The translations under genes and the position numbers were made by a program. From positions 1,056,001 to 1,120,000 of the forward strand of contig CAWGTN010000002.1 in NCBI GenBank assembly GCA_963825525.1: a stretch of 64,000 bases of DNA, in the 5' to 3' direction. Position 1 is the first letter of the stretch. Each line of letters opens with the position of its first letter. The stretch is from an uncultured Chloroflexia bacterium (GTDB lineage Bacteria > Chloroflexota > Limnocylindria > QHBO01). The notes under the pieces were generated by a model, which worked only from the letters and a program-made list of their open reading frames with translations, ran no database searches and was not told where the DNA came from. Shown one piece after another: positions 18,681 through 27,881 of the stretch.

Positions 18681-19621
18681 CGCTGAGCGCGCTCCCAATC
18701 GATGACCTTGCGGATCCCATCCGCGAGGTCCGTCGGCGGAGTCCAACCCACGACCTCGCGCAGCCGGCTCGTATCCGCCGCACTCGCCTCGAACGGTGCG
18801 TCGCGTGACTCCTGGATCGTTCGTGTGCCCGGCAGCTCGGTTTGCAGCAGGCTGATGACCTCGCTCACCGGGCGACTTCGGCCCGTGCCAAGGTTGACCA
18901 CCCCTTCGGCATCCGGGGCGGTCGCCAGGCGCAGGAGGCCCTCCGCAACGTCGCCCGCGTAGATGTAGTCAAACCGGTTCTCCGACTGGAACACGGTCAG
19001 CGGCTCACCCGCCAGTGCTGCTCGGATCCAGCGCGATATCACGTCACGCGAGCCCCTGCCGAACACGCGAAAGATGCGTGCGCATGAGATCTGCGCAGGC
19101 CCGCCCAGGAGCTCGCGAGCGAACGCGTACTCCTTCTCGGCATACAGCTTCGCGGCGCCACACAGATTGCGAGGATCCTGCCGCATGTCCTCGCGGAGGC
19201 TCACGCCATCCGACCGTGGCTCGGCCGATAGGTACAGCCGGGGATCGTAGATGAGGTAGCTCGACGCGAACACGAGGGCCCTGACTCCCCGATCGAGACG
19301 TGCGCCCTCCGCCAGGCGGTGGCTCACAACGACATTGTCCTGCCAATTCGGGAGCCAGAAATCGGGGCTCTCCTCGGAGCGCTCGAACGTGGCAGCCAGG
19401 TGGAAGATGAGCTCGGGGCGAAACTGCCACAGCGGCTCCAGGTCGTCCGTTGCAAGGTCGGTCTCGACGTGCGTCACGCCACGCGGCGGGGGCCCGGGGA
19501 GTGGCAGCCGATCGGCACTCAGGACGTCCGCGCCGCTGGCTCCCAGCAGTTCGAGCAGCTCTCGGCCAATGACTCCCGAGCCGCCGGTGACAAGGGCTCG
19601 CGCACCAGAGAGATCGATCAA
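18677..19621 (-). CDS. Atypical NAD-dependent epimerase/dehydratase (YxxxK reads CxxxK)
   Basis: LVTGGSGVIG, FHLAA, FASSYLIY, NLCGAAK, FDYIYAGD. TTG start overlaps the pseG stop. Confidence 0.82.
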   Translation of the reverse strand: MIDLSGARALVTGGSGVIGRELLELLGASGADVLSADRLPLPGPPPRGVTHVETDLATDDLEPLWQFRPELIFHLAATFERSEESPDFWLPNWQDNVVVSHRLAEGARLDRGVRALVFASSYLIYDPRLYLSAEPRSDGVSLREDMRQDPRNLCGAAKLYAEKEYAFARELLGGPAQISCARIFRVFGRGSRDVISRWIRAALAGEPLTVFQSENRFDYIYAGDVAEGLLRLATAPDAEGVVNLGTGRSRPVSEVISLLQTELPGTRTIQESRDAPFEASAADTSRLREVVGWTPPTDLADGIRKVIDWERAQR

Positions 19622-20664
19622 TGCGTGGCTCCCATGGTCAGGTCGATGATTCGGTCGATCCCCCGCCCGTCGACCGTCTGCATCCCGCGCTGCGACATCG
19701 CCGTCCTCCACTCGGTGTCGTCCATCCGCTCCTCCAAGGCCGACGCCACCGCGCGCGAGTCGAGCGCTTCGGCCCGTCCGATAGCCTCGAACAGGTCGAT
19801 GCTCGCGAGGCCGGCGAGCATCAGCTTCTCCGCCTCACCCGCTTCGATGAGCAGGGACGGTACGCCCAGATACGCTAGCTCCCACACCGTGGTCCCTGCC
19901 GTCGAAATTGCGATGTCCGCTGCAGCGATGTGCTCGCGCATTTCACTGGCCGCGTGAACGACCTGCACGTTGAGCCCGACTTCAGCGACCAGGCCGGCAA
20001 TCTGTTCGTGGCGAGGGTTGGATCCACCAACAACAACGGTCCCCGTGACCGAGGGCCTCCCCGACATGACCAATCCCAGGGCCTTCACCACGACCTCGGT
20101 GGCGCGATGGGGATCGGCTCCTCCCAGTGTCACCAGGATGTGGCCGACGGTTGGCGGGGTGCGGGGATCAGGGGCGGAGTCGCGAAACTCGGCCCGCAGG
20201 ACGGCGTAACGAGGACCGCACAGCACCTTCGTGTCGGGTGATGTCCGATACCTCAAGAGGCCGGCGTGGGCGTTCTGATTCACCACCACGTCCACCGGAT
20301 ACTCGGCGAGGTGGGCCATGTCATCGAAGACGATCACCCTGGTCCCCGCCGACCGAGTGTCCCGAAGGTAGCCGCTGTCAAAGTCGTATCCGTCCACCAC
20401 CACCCAATCCGGACGCGACGCCTGGATCAGCTCGGCCATCCGTCGTGCGTCTGCGGGGTCCGGGCATGCGGCATCAAGCCCGTGAACGATCACGCCCAGT
20501 TCCCGGAAGGGATCGAGGAGCTGCGGCTCGACGCAGGCGGTCAACAGACTCAGTCGCGCCCCACGTCGTCGGTACTCCTCGGCCATGGTGCGCATGCGCA
20601 TCAGGTGGCCGGTCCCGATCGCTTCGCCGGCATCCGCGCGCAGGAGCACATGCATTTCGGTCAC
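19618..20664 (-). CDS. pseG: UDP-2,4-diacetamido-2,4,6-trideoxy-beta-L-altropyranose hydrolase
   Basis: RADAGEAIGTGHLMR, VVDGY, VVNQN, GPRYAVLRAEF, TLGGADP, AGTTVWE, VDGRG. Confidence 0.88.
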   Translation of the reverse strand: MTEMHVLLRADAGEAIGTGHLMRMRTMAEEYRRRGARLSLLTACVEPQLLDPFRELGVIVHGLDAACPDPADARRMAELIQASRPDWVVVDGYDFDSGYLRDTRSAGTRVIVFDDMAHLAEYPVDVVVNQNAHAGLLRYRTSPDTKVLCGPRYAVLRAEFRDSAPDPRTPPTVGHILVTLGGADPHRATEVVVKALGLVMSGRPSVTGTVVVGGSNPRHEQIAGLVAEVGLNVQVVHAASEMREHIAAADIAISTAGTTVWELAYLGVPSLLIEAGEAEKLMLAGLASIDLFEAIGRAEALDSRAVASALEERMDDTEWRTAMSQRGMQTVDGRGIDRIIDLTMGATH

Positions 20665-21803
20665 AGAGTCTCAGCCGCGGCCTGCCGCGCGACGGCGATG
20701 ACCTGGTCGACCTCGTCATCGGTCATCCGCGGAAAGATCGGCAGCGATACCGCGCGGGCAGAGAAGTCCTCGGCAACAGGGCAGATGCCGCGTTCAAAGC
20801 CGAGCCGCTGATAGAACGGGTGGTGGTGCACCGGAATGTAGTGCACCTGCACGCCGATCCCGAGTTCACGGAGCCTGTCGAAGAACCGGCGCCTGCGGCT
20901 TGACTCCGACACGCGCACGACGAAGAGGTGCCATCCCGGTTCGACGCCCTCGCGAATGTGCGGCAACGTGAGGCCGCCGACATCAGCGAGCGCCTCGAGG
21001 TACCTGGCCGCGATGGCACGACGCCGTGCGACGAACATGTCGAGGCGCCGAAGCTGGCTGAGGCCCAGGGCGGCATGGATGTCCGTCATTCGATAGTTGA
21101 ATCCCAGGTCGTGCTGCTCGTAGTGCCACGCGCCATGAGCACGCATCGCGTCCGGGTTTCGCTCGATCCCATGAGTTCGGAATCGGGCCGCCAGGTCGGC
21201 GATCCCCTCGTCATCGGACACAATGGCTCCACCCTCGCCGGTGGTGATGGGCTTGACGGGGTGGAAGCTGAGTTCGCTGGCGGCAGCCAGCGTTCCCACG
21301 GGGCGGCCGTGGTACGTCGCGCCGAACGAGTGCGCCGCGTCGGCGACCAGCGTCACACCGCGCGCTGCGCAGACCGCCGACAGGTCGTCGTAGTCAGCCG
21401 GATGGCCGGTGTAGTCCACCGCCACCACAAGGCGGGTACGTGATCCGATCGCGGCCTCGACAGCAGCGGGATCGATGTTGCCCGTATCGGCCTGGACGTC
21501 CACGAAGCGGACTGACGCTCCGAGATACAGCGCCGCGTTGGCGGTGGCGGCGAACGTCAGGGGGGTGGTGACGATCTCGTCCCCCGCGCTGAGCCCGGCC
21601 GCAAAGTACATGGCATGTAGGGCGGATGTGCCCGAGTTCACCGCCACCGCCCGAGCAACACCGGCGGCTGCCGCGACGGCGCGCTCGAATGCCTCCACCG
21701 TCGGACCGGTCGTCAGATAGTCGGATCGCAGGACCTCGACGACAGCCGCGATGTCCTCTTCGTCCAGCCATTGGCGGCCGTAGGGAAGGGGAGGCTCAGA
21801 CAT
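20661..21803 (-). CDS. pseC: UDP-4-amino-4,6-dideoxy-N-acetyl-beta-L-altrosamine transaminase
   Basis: LPYGRQW, LTTGP, NSGTSALH, DAAHSFG, SFHPVKPITTGEGG, GFNYRMTD, VQVHYIP. Confidence 0.92.
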   Translation of the reverse strand: MSEPPLPYGRQWLDEEDIAAVVEVLRSDYLTTGPTVEAFERAVAAAAGVARAVAVNSGTSALHAMYFAAGLSAGDEIVTTPLTFAATANAALYLGASVRFVDVQADTGNIDPAAVEAAIGSRTRLVVAVDYTGHPADYDDLSAVCAARGVTLVADAAHSFGATYHGRPVGTLAAASELSFHPVKPITTGEGGAIVSDDEGIADLAARFRTHGIERNPDAMRAHGAWHYEQHDLGFNYRMTDIHAALGLSQLRRLDMFVARRRAIAARYLEALADVGGLTLPHIREGVEPGWHLFVVRVSESSRRRRFFDRLRELGIGVQVHYIPVHHHPFYQRLGFERGICPVAEDFSARAVSLPIFPRMTDDEVDQVIAVARQAAAETL

Positions 21804-22770
21804 CCGCCACCATGGTCCGGAGTTGGTCGAGCGTGAGCCACTGGGTGTTCGTGTCGCTCGCGTAGCTGAAGCCATCTTCAACTGGCGAGCCATCCAGCTC
21901 GTGGGCCGGCCACCAGTCCATCTCGGGCTGGATGACGTAATAGGCGCCCATGTCGATCGTCCGTCGCGAGTCGGCCGCGCTGATCATCTCCTCGTGGAGC
22001 TTCTCTCCGGGCCTGATGCCGACAACGTTGAGGCGAGCGTCCGGCGCAAATGCCTTCGCGAGATCCGTGACCTTCATGCTCGGGATCTTGGGCACGAAGA
22101 GCTCTCCCCCGTGCATCCGGTCGAGGGACTCCATCACGAAGTCCACCCCCTGCTGAAGCGTGATCCAGAACCGCGTCATGCGCTCGTCGGTGATCGGAAG
22201 CTCACCCGTCTCGGCCAGCCGTTTGAACAGCGGGACCACGCTTCCGCGACTCCCGACGACGTTGCCGTACCGGACGACCGCGAAACGGGTCGGCGTGCCC
22301 GCCGCGTAAGCGTTGCCGTTGATGAACAGCTTGTCGCTGACCAGCTTGGTCGCGCCGTACAGGTTCACGGGGCTGCATGCCTTATCGGTGCTCAGGGCGA
22401 TCACATGCTTCACGCCCCGTTCGATCGACGCTTCGATCACGTTCTGGGCACCGTGGACGTTGGTCTTCACCGCCTCGAATGGGTTGTATTCCGCAGCTGG
22501 CACCTGCTTCAACGCGGCCGCGTGGACGACGACATCGACGCCGTGGAGCGCGCGGTACAACCGTTGGTAGTCACGAACGTCGCCGATGAAGAAGCGGATC
22601 CGCTTCTCGTCCGGATAGTCCTGCTGCATCTCGGATTGCTTCAGCTCGTCACGGCTGAAGACGATGACCTTGCTCACGTCGGTCGTCGTCAGCAGGACCT
22701 TCGTGAAGAGCTTGCCAAAGGATCCGGTTCCGCCGGTCACCAGCACCGTCTGGCCATCGAAGAACGACAT
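21796..22770 (-). CDS. pseB: UDP-N-acetylglucosamine 4,6-dehydratase (inverting)
   Basis: TGGTGSFG, SRDELKQ, AALKQVPAAEYNP, LSTDKA, NLYGATK, RYGNVVGSRGSV, MTRFWIT, RPGEKLHE. Confidence 0.95.
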   Translation of the reverse strand: MSFFDGQTVLVTGGTGSFGKLFTKVLLTTTDVSKVIVFSRDELKQSEMQQDYPDEKRIRFFIGDVRDYQRLYRALHGVDVVVHAAALKQVPAAEYNPFEAVKTNVHGAQNVIEASIERGVKHVIALSTDKACSPVNLYGATKLVSDKLFINGNAYAAGTPTRFAVVRYGNVVGSRGSVVPLFKRLAETGELPITDERMTRFWITLQQGVDFVMESLDRMHGGELFVPKIPSMKVTDLAKAFAPDARLNVVGIRPGEKLHEEMISAADSRRTIDMGAYYVIQPEMDWWPAHELDGSPVEDGFSYASDTNTQWLTLDQLRTMVADV

Positions 22771-22910
22771 CAGCACCCCATGTTCCGCTTGCCCGGATCA
22801 GCTGCCTCGGGCGTCTCCCCAACGCGACCCCGACCGCATGATATGCCGTCGCTCGGGGCCAGACCCCTCCGGATGCGCCCGCTCATGCGCCCGTCGCGTC
22901 GCTCATCGTC

Positions 22911-23810
22911 CTAGGCTCGCGTCGCATTGGACTGCCCCAGGACGCTTGCCACGTAGTCGTCAGCGGCCGCGCTCCATGCCGGCAGCGCTGCGCCCAGTGC
23001 CGGGTCCTGTGATGCGAGCACTCCCCACGGCGGCGGCACCGAACGCCGATCGAGTGATTCGCCGCGAACCGGTTCGATGAGCTTGGCAGGCCGTGCCCGT
23101 CTCAGCACGTCCTCGGCCCACGCAAACCGCGAGAGGCTCTCGGGACCAACGAGGTGTCGAGTGCCCGCGTGACCACTCATCGCGAGGTCGACGACGACTC
23201 GCGCCAGGTGCGGGGTCGAGGTCGGCGAACCGATCTCATCGTCGACGACCTTGAGCGGCTCGTCCGGGGCCCGGTCGGCGGCGGTGACGATCTTGGAGGG
23301 GAAGTCTGCGCCGGCCGGACCGAACAGCCACGCGGTTCGAACGATGGTCAACAACGGGCGACCGCCAAATGCCTCGAGCGCGGCGTGCTCGCCAGCCAGT
23401 TTGGACGCGCCGTACGCGTTCCCGGGACGTGGGTCGTCGGTCTCGAGGTATCCGCGGCCATCGGTCCGCCGCCCATCGAACACCTCGTTCGTACTGATCA
23501 GAACGAGCGCTCCGTCGCGTTCGGCAAGGGCGCTGGCGAGCTCGGACGTGGCAACCGCGTTCCGGCGCTCCGCCACCGCGGGCTCCCGCGCGCAACCCTC
23601 GACGTCCACCCAGGCCGCGCAATGGATGACGATGTCGGGGCGATCTCGCTCGGCCAGGCGCCGTGCGGCGGCCGGATCGTCGAGATCGTAGTCGGGACGT
23701 CTCCATGGGAGCGGTGTCATCCCGCGCCTGGCGAGCTCCGCGAGCATCGCAACACCGAGGCGTCCGCCGGGGCCGGTGACGGCAATACGGGGCGACTGGT
23801 CGACTGTCAT
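22911..23810 (-). CDS. rfbD: dTDP-4-dehydrorhamnose reductase family
   Basis: TGPGGRLG, HCAAWVDV, STNEVFDG, YGASKLAGE, RTAWLFG, DEIGSPT. Confidence 0.82.
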   Translation of the reverse strand: MTVDQSPRIAVTGPGGRLGVAMLAELARRGMTPLPWRRPDYDLDDPAAARRLAERDRPDIVIHCAAWVDVEGCAREPAVAERRNAVATSELASALAERDGALVLISTNEVFDGRRTDGRGYLETDDPRPGNAYGASKLAGEHAALEAFGGRPLLTIVRTAWLFGPAGADFPSKIVTAADRAPDEPLKVVDDEIGSPTSTPHLARVVVDLAMSGHAGTRHLVGPESLSRFAWAEDVLRRARPAKLIEPVRGESLDRRSVPPPWGVLASQDPALGAALPAWSAAADDYVASVLGQSNATRA

Positions 23811-24781
23811 CGCTCCTCGAGCCACCACGGGTTCGCACGCGTCCAGGTGATGGTCCGTTCGATCCCGTCGCGCAACGACGTCGTTGCCTCCCAGCCGAGC
23901 ACCCGCCGAGCTTTCTCTACCCCGGGAACCCGCCGGCCGATGTCCTCGTAGGTGGCCCCGTACAGCTCGGTCGTGCTGAGGCGCTCCGGCTCGAGCGTGC
24001 TGCCGGCACCCTCGCTGGTGGCCGCGACCACCTCGGCCACGGTGGACTCGCGATTGCTGCCGAGATTGAAGGCCTCACCCACCGCCGCGTCGCTCTCGGC
24101 AGCCAGGATCGTGCCCGCCACTGCATCGGCCACGTAGGTGAAGCAGCGCGTCTGCTGGCCGTCGTCGTAGACGATCGGTGGCTTCCCGTTGAGAACCCGG
24201 TGGATGCTCTGCGAGACCACGTAGATCGGCGACTGTCGGGGGCCGTAGGCGTTGAAGTAGCGGACCACCGTGACCGGCAGCGCCCGATGCCGGTGCATGG
24301 CGAAGGCGAGGTGCTCGGACATCGCCTTGCTCGTGCTATAGCTCCACCGATCCACCGTCGTGCTCCCCAGCACGCGGTCGTCGTCCTCATCCCACGGCAC
24401 CTTTGGATTGCGGCCGAACACCTCGCTGGTCGAGGTCAGCACCGTCCGGGTGCCGTGACGCGACGCGTGCTCGAGGACGTTGCGCGTCCCGATGACGTTG
24501 ACGTCGAGCACGGACAGCGGATCGCTGATGTAGTTCGACACGCCGACGATGGCGGCCAGGTGGTAGATGACGTCGACGCTGCCGTCGATCACGTCGCCGA
24601 GGGCCGAGGCATCGCGGACGTCGCCCTCCACGAAGCGGAACCCCGGATGCGTCGCAGCCTCGTCGAGATTTCGGCCACGCTGGGCGTCGAAGCAGATCAC
24701 CTCGCTCCCGCGAGCCAGGAGCTGGTCGATGAGATGGCTCCCGATGAAGCCGCTGCCACCGGTCACGAGCGCGGTCGTCAC
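23807..24781 (-). CDS. NAD-dependent epimerase/dehydratase (UDP-uronate epimerase/decarboxylase-like)
   Basis: VTGGSGFIGSH, TSTSEVFG, RWSYSTSK, RYFNAYGPRQ, QTRCFTYV. Confidence 0.87.
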   Translation of the reverse strand: MTTALVTGGSGFIGSHLIDQLLARGSEVICFDAQRGRNLDEAATHPGFRFVEGDVRDASALGDVIDGSVDVIYHLAAIVGVSNYISDPLSVLDVNVIGTRNVLEHASRHGTRTVLTSTSEVFGRNPKVPWDEDDDRVLGSTTVDRWSYSTSKAMSEHLAFAMHRHRALPVTVVRYFNAYGPRQSPIYVVSQSIHRVLNGKPPIVYDDGQQTRCFTYVADAVAGTILAAESDAAVGEAFNLGSNRESTVAEVVAATSEGAGSTLEPERLSTTELYGATYEDIGRRVPGVEKARRVLGWEATTSLRDGIERTITWTRANPWWLEER

Positions 24782-26115
24782 CGGCCGATGCCGCGATAGC
24801 GCAGGCCATGGGCCTCCATGTCCTGGATCTGCTCCCGGGTGAAGTACATCCGCCCATCCAGGATGAGAGCGCCGGGCGCCCGCTCGGCGATATCGGCGAT
24901 CCGAAGCCGTCGGAAGTCGTCGTGACCTGTGAAGAATGCGACGCAGTCGGCGCCCTCGATGGCCGCCCACACGTCGTCGGTGATGGGCGCCGCGGTGACC
25001 TCTCGCGCTTCGGCCGGGTTGACCCAGGGATCGCAGACGATCAGGTCGCAGCCGCTGGCCTCGAGCAGGTTGATCGCTTCCTTGGTCGGGGTGAAACGGA
25101 CGTCACCGGTGTTGTTCTTGAATGCCATGCCGAGGACGGCCACGCGCGAGTCCGGCAGCTGCTTGCCGAGCGCCTTCAGCTCCCGTTCGATGAGCCCGAA
25201 GGTGAACGCGGGCATCGCGTCGTTCACCGTCCGCGACGTGACCGGAGTCTGAAGCTCGATCCCCCGCTCGCGACCCATGTGGTGCACGAACCACGGGTCC
25301 TTGGTGAGGCAGTAGCCACCGACCCCGATCGACGGCGCCAGCACATTCACGAAGTGCTGGCCCTTCGGCAACGTGTTGGCTGCCTCGATGACCTCGAGCA
25401 CGTCGACCTCGATCGCGTCGCTCAGGATCGCCAGCTCATTGGCGAGCGCCACGTTGAGGTCGATCCACAGGTTGCAGGCCAGCTTCACCATCTCGGCGGT
25501 GTGCGCGTTCTGAACCGGGATGGTCTCGATCTCGAGCGCCTCGTGGAAGAACGCGGCGGCCGCGGCCGTGCTACGCGGGTCGACGCCACCCACCACGACC
25601 GGGATCGTCTCGAACTCATGGAGCGCACGACCCTCGGCCAGCCGCTCCGGGCAGAAGGAGAGGAAGAAGTCCGTTCCGGCCACCAGGCCGCCACGCTCCA
25701 GGATGGGCTTCACGATGCGGTCCGTCGCGAACGGCGGGAGCGTGCTCTTGAGGATGACGTTGTGCCCCGGCCGCAGATTGGCGGCAATGCCCTCGGCGGC
25801 GGCCTCGATCTGGCTGACGTCCGGGTCGAAGTCCTGCCCGAGCGGCGTGCCGACCGTCACCACGATGACCTCGGCCTCGCTCACCGCGGCATAGTCGGTC
25901 GTTGCGCTGAGGCGGCCATGGTCCACCGCATCCTTGATCGCCGAGGCAAGACCCGGTTCGTTGATGCTGGTCTCGCCGCGGTTCGTCTCGTCAACCACGG
26001 CCTGCCGGTTGTCGATCCCGATGACGCGGTAGCGCTTCTCCGCGAGCACCGCGCCGATGCAGGCGCCGATGTATCCGAATCCGACGACGGCCACCGTCTT
26101 GGCGTGGGATCCCAT
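24778..26115 (-). CDS. Nucleotide sugar dehydrogenase (UDP-glucose/UDP-GlcNAc 6-dehydrogenase family)
   Basis: VVGFGYIG, TVGTP, KSTLPP, CPERLAEG, AEMVKL, GVGGYCLTKDP. Confidence 0.92.
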   Translation of the reverse strand: MGSHAKTVAVVGFGYIGACIGAVLAEKRYRVIGIDNRQAVVDETNRGETSINEPGLASAIKDAVDHGRLSATTDYAAVSEAEVIVVTVGTPLGQDFDPDVSQIEAAAEGIAANLRPGHNVILKSTLPPFATDRIVKPILERGGLVAGTDFFLSFCPERLAEGRALHEFETIPVVVGGVDPRSTAAAAAFFHEALEIETIPVQNAHTAEMVKLACNLWIDLNVALANELAILSDAIEVDVLEVIEAANTLPKGQHFVNVLAPSIGVGGYCLTKDPWFVHHMGRERGIELQTPVTSRTVNDAMPAFTFGLIERELKALGKQLPDSRVAVLGMAFKNNTGDVRFTPTKEAINLLEASGCDLIVCDPWVNPAEAREVTAAPITDDVWAAIEGADCVAFFTGHDDFRRLRIADIAERAPGALILDGRMYFTREQIQDMEAHGLRYRGIGR

Positions 26116-26167
26116 TCAACTCCTCTGCAACGCTGACCGCGCTATCGGCGGTCCGGGGAAATGCGCG

Positions 26168-26716
26168 CTACCACGCGGGCAGATCGGCTTCGATGTCACG
26201 CAGGACCGGGTTGGCTCGGTCACGATCGGTCACGATTGCCGGCGTCACCGGCCAGGGGATCGCCAGTGCGTCGTCGTCCCACCTGATGCCGACCTCGGCC
26301 GTGGGATCGTACAGGCTCCCGACCTTGTAGACAAAGTCCGTGTCGTCCTCGAGAGCCTGCAGACCATGGGCGAACCCCACCGGGATGTAGAGCTGCCGAT
26401 GGAGCTGGTCGTCGAGCTCGAATGCCTCCCATTCGCCGAACGTGGGCGAGCTGCGGCGGACGTCGATGACCACGTCGAAGACGCGGCCGCGTGCGCAGCG
26501 GACGAGCTTCGGCTGGCCTGGGGTCCGCTGGAAGTGCATGCCGCGGATCGCCCCGCTGCGGCTGCGGGAGTGGTTGTCCTGCACGAAGTCCGCATCGATG
26601 CCCGCTTCGGCGTAGCGCGAGCGGCTGAACGTCTCGAGAAAGTAGCCGCGCTCGTCCGAAAAGACCCGCGGCTGAATGAGACGCAGTCCGTCGAGACGGG
26701 TCGGCAGGATCTCCAT
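26168..26716 (-). CDS. rfbC: dTDP-4-dehydrorhamnose 3,5-epimerase
   Basis: DERGYF, QDNHSRS, IRGMHFQ, KLVRC, DVRRSSPTFG, GFAHG. Confidence 0.95.
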   Translation of the reverse strand: MEILPTRLDGLRLIQPRVFSDERGYFLETFSRSRYAEAGIDADFVQDNHSRSRSGAIRGMHFQRTPGQPKLVRCARGRVFDVVIDVRRSSPTFGEWEAFELDDQLHRQLYIPVGFAHGLQALEDDTDFVYKVGSLYDPTAEVGIRWDDDALAIPWPVTPAIVTDRDRANPVLRDIEADLPAW

Positions 26717-27843
26717 CAGGCGGCTGCCGGTCGGCGGCCGTCCGGGCCATCCAGCAGCTCGCGGAACCAGGTCTCGTAGGCGTCGGTGACGGCGGCCCAG
26801 CCGTATCGCTCCTCCACGCGCCTCGCCGCCAGCTCGCGGTAGCGATCGACCTGCGCCGGATCGGCGATGAGAGATGACATGTGCCGCGCCAGGTCCGACG
26901 TGTCGCGATACCCGTAGTATGCGCCGGCATCGCCCAGCACCTCGCGGTGCTCCGGCACGTCGTGCGCCAGGACCGCGTTGCGATGGCCCATCGCCTCGAC
27001 CAGGGCGGGATGGGTTCCGCCCACCTCGGTGGCCTGGACGTGGAGGTAGGCGTTGGCGCCCAGGGCGTGGTAATCATCGCCGTACACGAAGCCCGGGAAC
27101 TTGACGCGCGGATCCGCGGCCCGCTTCACGCGTTCCACGTAATCACGAGCGTAGGGCGCGTCACCAACCATGACCAGCGGAAGGTCCGTTTCGACCTGGC
27201 GATACGCCTCCACCACCATCAACGCGTTGTTCTCCGGTTCCATGCGACTGACGTACAGGAGATAACGGTCCGGCTCCAGTCCGTAGGCCCCCAATCGCTC
27301 GGACAGCGAGCCTCGGTCCCATAGCTTCGTGCCGTAGACGAAGCAGCGTGTCTCGCGGCCGAGTCGCTCACGGTAGTAGTCCTGGATCACGTCGGCGTCG
27401 GTCACCACGTTGATCGGCATGCGAGCGGCCAGCTTCGCGGCCCAGCGGTAGTAGCGACGAGCGAAGCGGCCCCACTTTTTGCGACGCCATTCCAGCCCGT
27501 CGACGTTGAGGACGGTGGCCTGGCCGCGCAGCCAGGGGATGTAGCAGATCGGCGCGTTCGCGCTGTTGCAGACATAGACGATGTCGAAGTTCCGGAGCGC
27601 GGCGTGGAGCGCGGAGAGCAACGTGTGCGACAGGGTCTCGGCGTGCTTCTGCGGAATGGCCGGCAGCCGCACCAGGCTCATGCCCCGATACGTTCGCATG
27701 TCCGCCGGGACATACGCCGAGCGGCAGTAGACGGTGACCTCGTGACCTCGTGACGCAAGCTCGGCACCGAATTCGTCGGCGAACGTCTCGAAGCCACCAT
27801 AGGTGGCTGGCACGCCACGCGTGCCCAGGATGGCAATCCGCAA
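26716..27843 (-). CDS. GT4 glycosyltransferase (DUF1972-type N-terminus)
   Basis: IAILGTRGVPATYGGFETF, NVDGLEW.RKKW, RMEPENN, EVGGTHPALVEAM. Confidence 0.9.
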   Translation of the reverse strand: MRIAILGTRGVPATYGGFETFADEFGAELASRGHEVTVYCRSAYVPADMRTYRGMSLVRLPAIPQKHAETLSHTLLSALHAALRNFDIVYVCNSANAPICYIPWLRGQATVLNVDGLEWRRKKWGRFARRYYRWAAKLAARMPINVVTDADVIQDYYRERLGRETRCFVYGTKLWDRGSLSERLGAYGLEPDRYLLYVSRMEPENNALMVVEAYRQVETDLPLVMVGDAPYARDYVERVKRAADPRVKFPGFVYGDDYHALGANAYLHVQATEVGGTHPALVEAMGHRNAVLAHDVPEHREVLGDAGAYYGYRDTSDLARHMSSLIADPAQVDRYRELAARRVEERYGWAAVTDAYETWFRELLDGPDGRRPAAA

Positions 27844-27881
27844 GCTCGTACTCCCGTGCGGCGCAAGCGCAGAATTGCAGC

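Noticed and set aside
22873-22893. Direct repeat ATGCGCCCG x2 upstream of pseB
   Set aside because: Short and GC-rich, so plausible by chance, with no supporting copy elsewhere.
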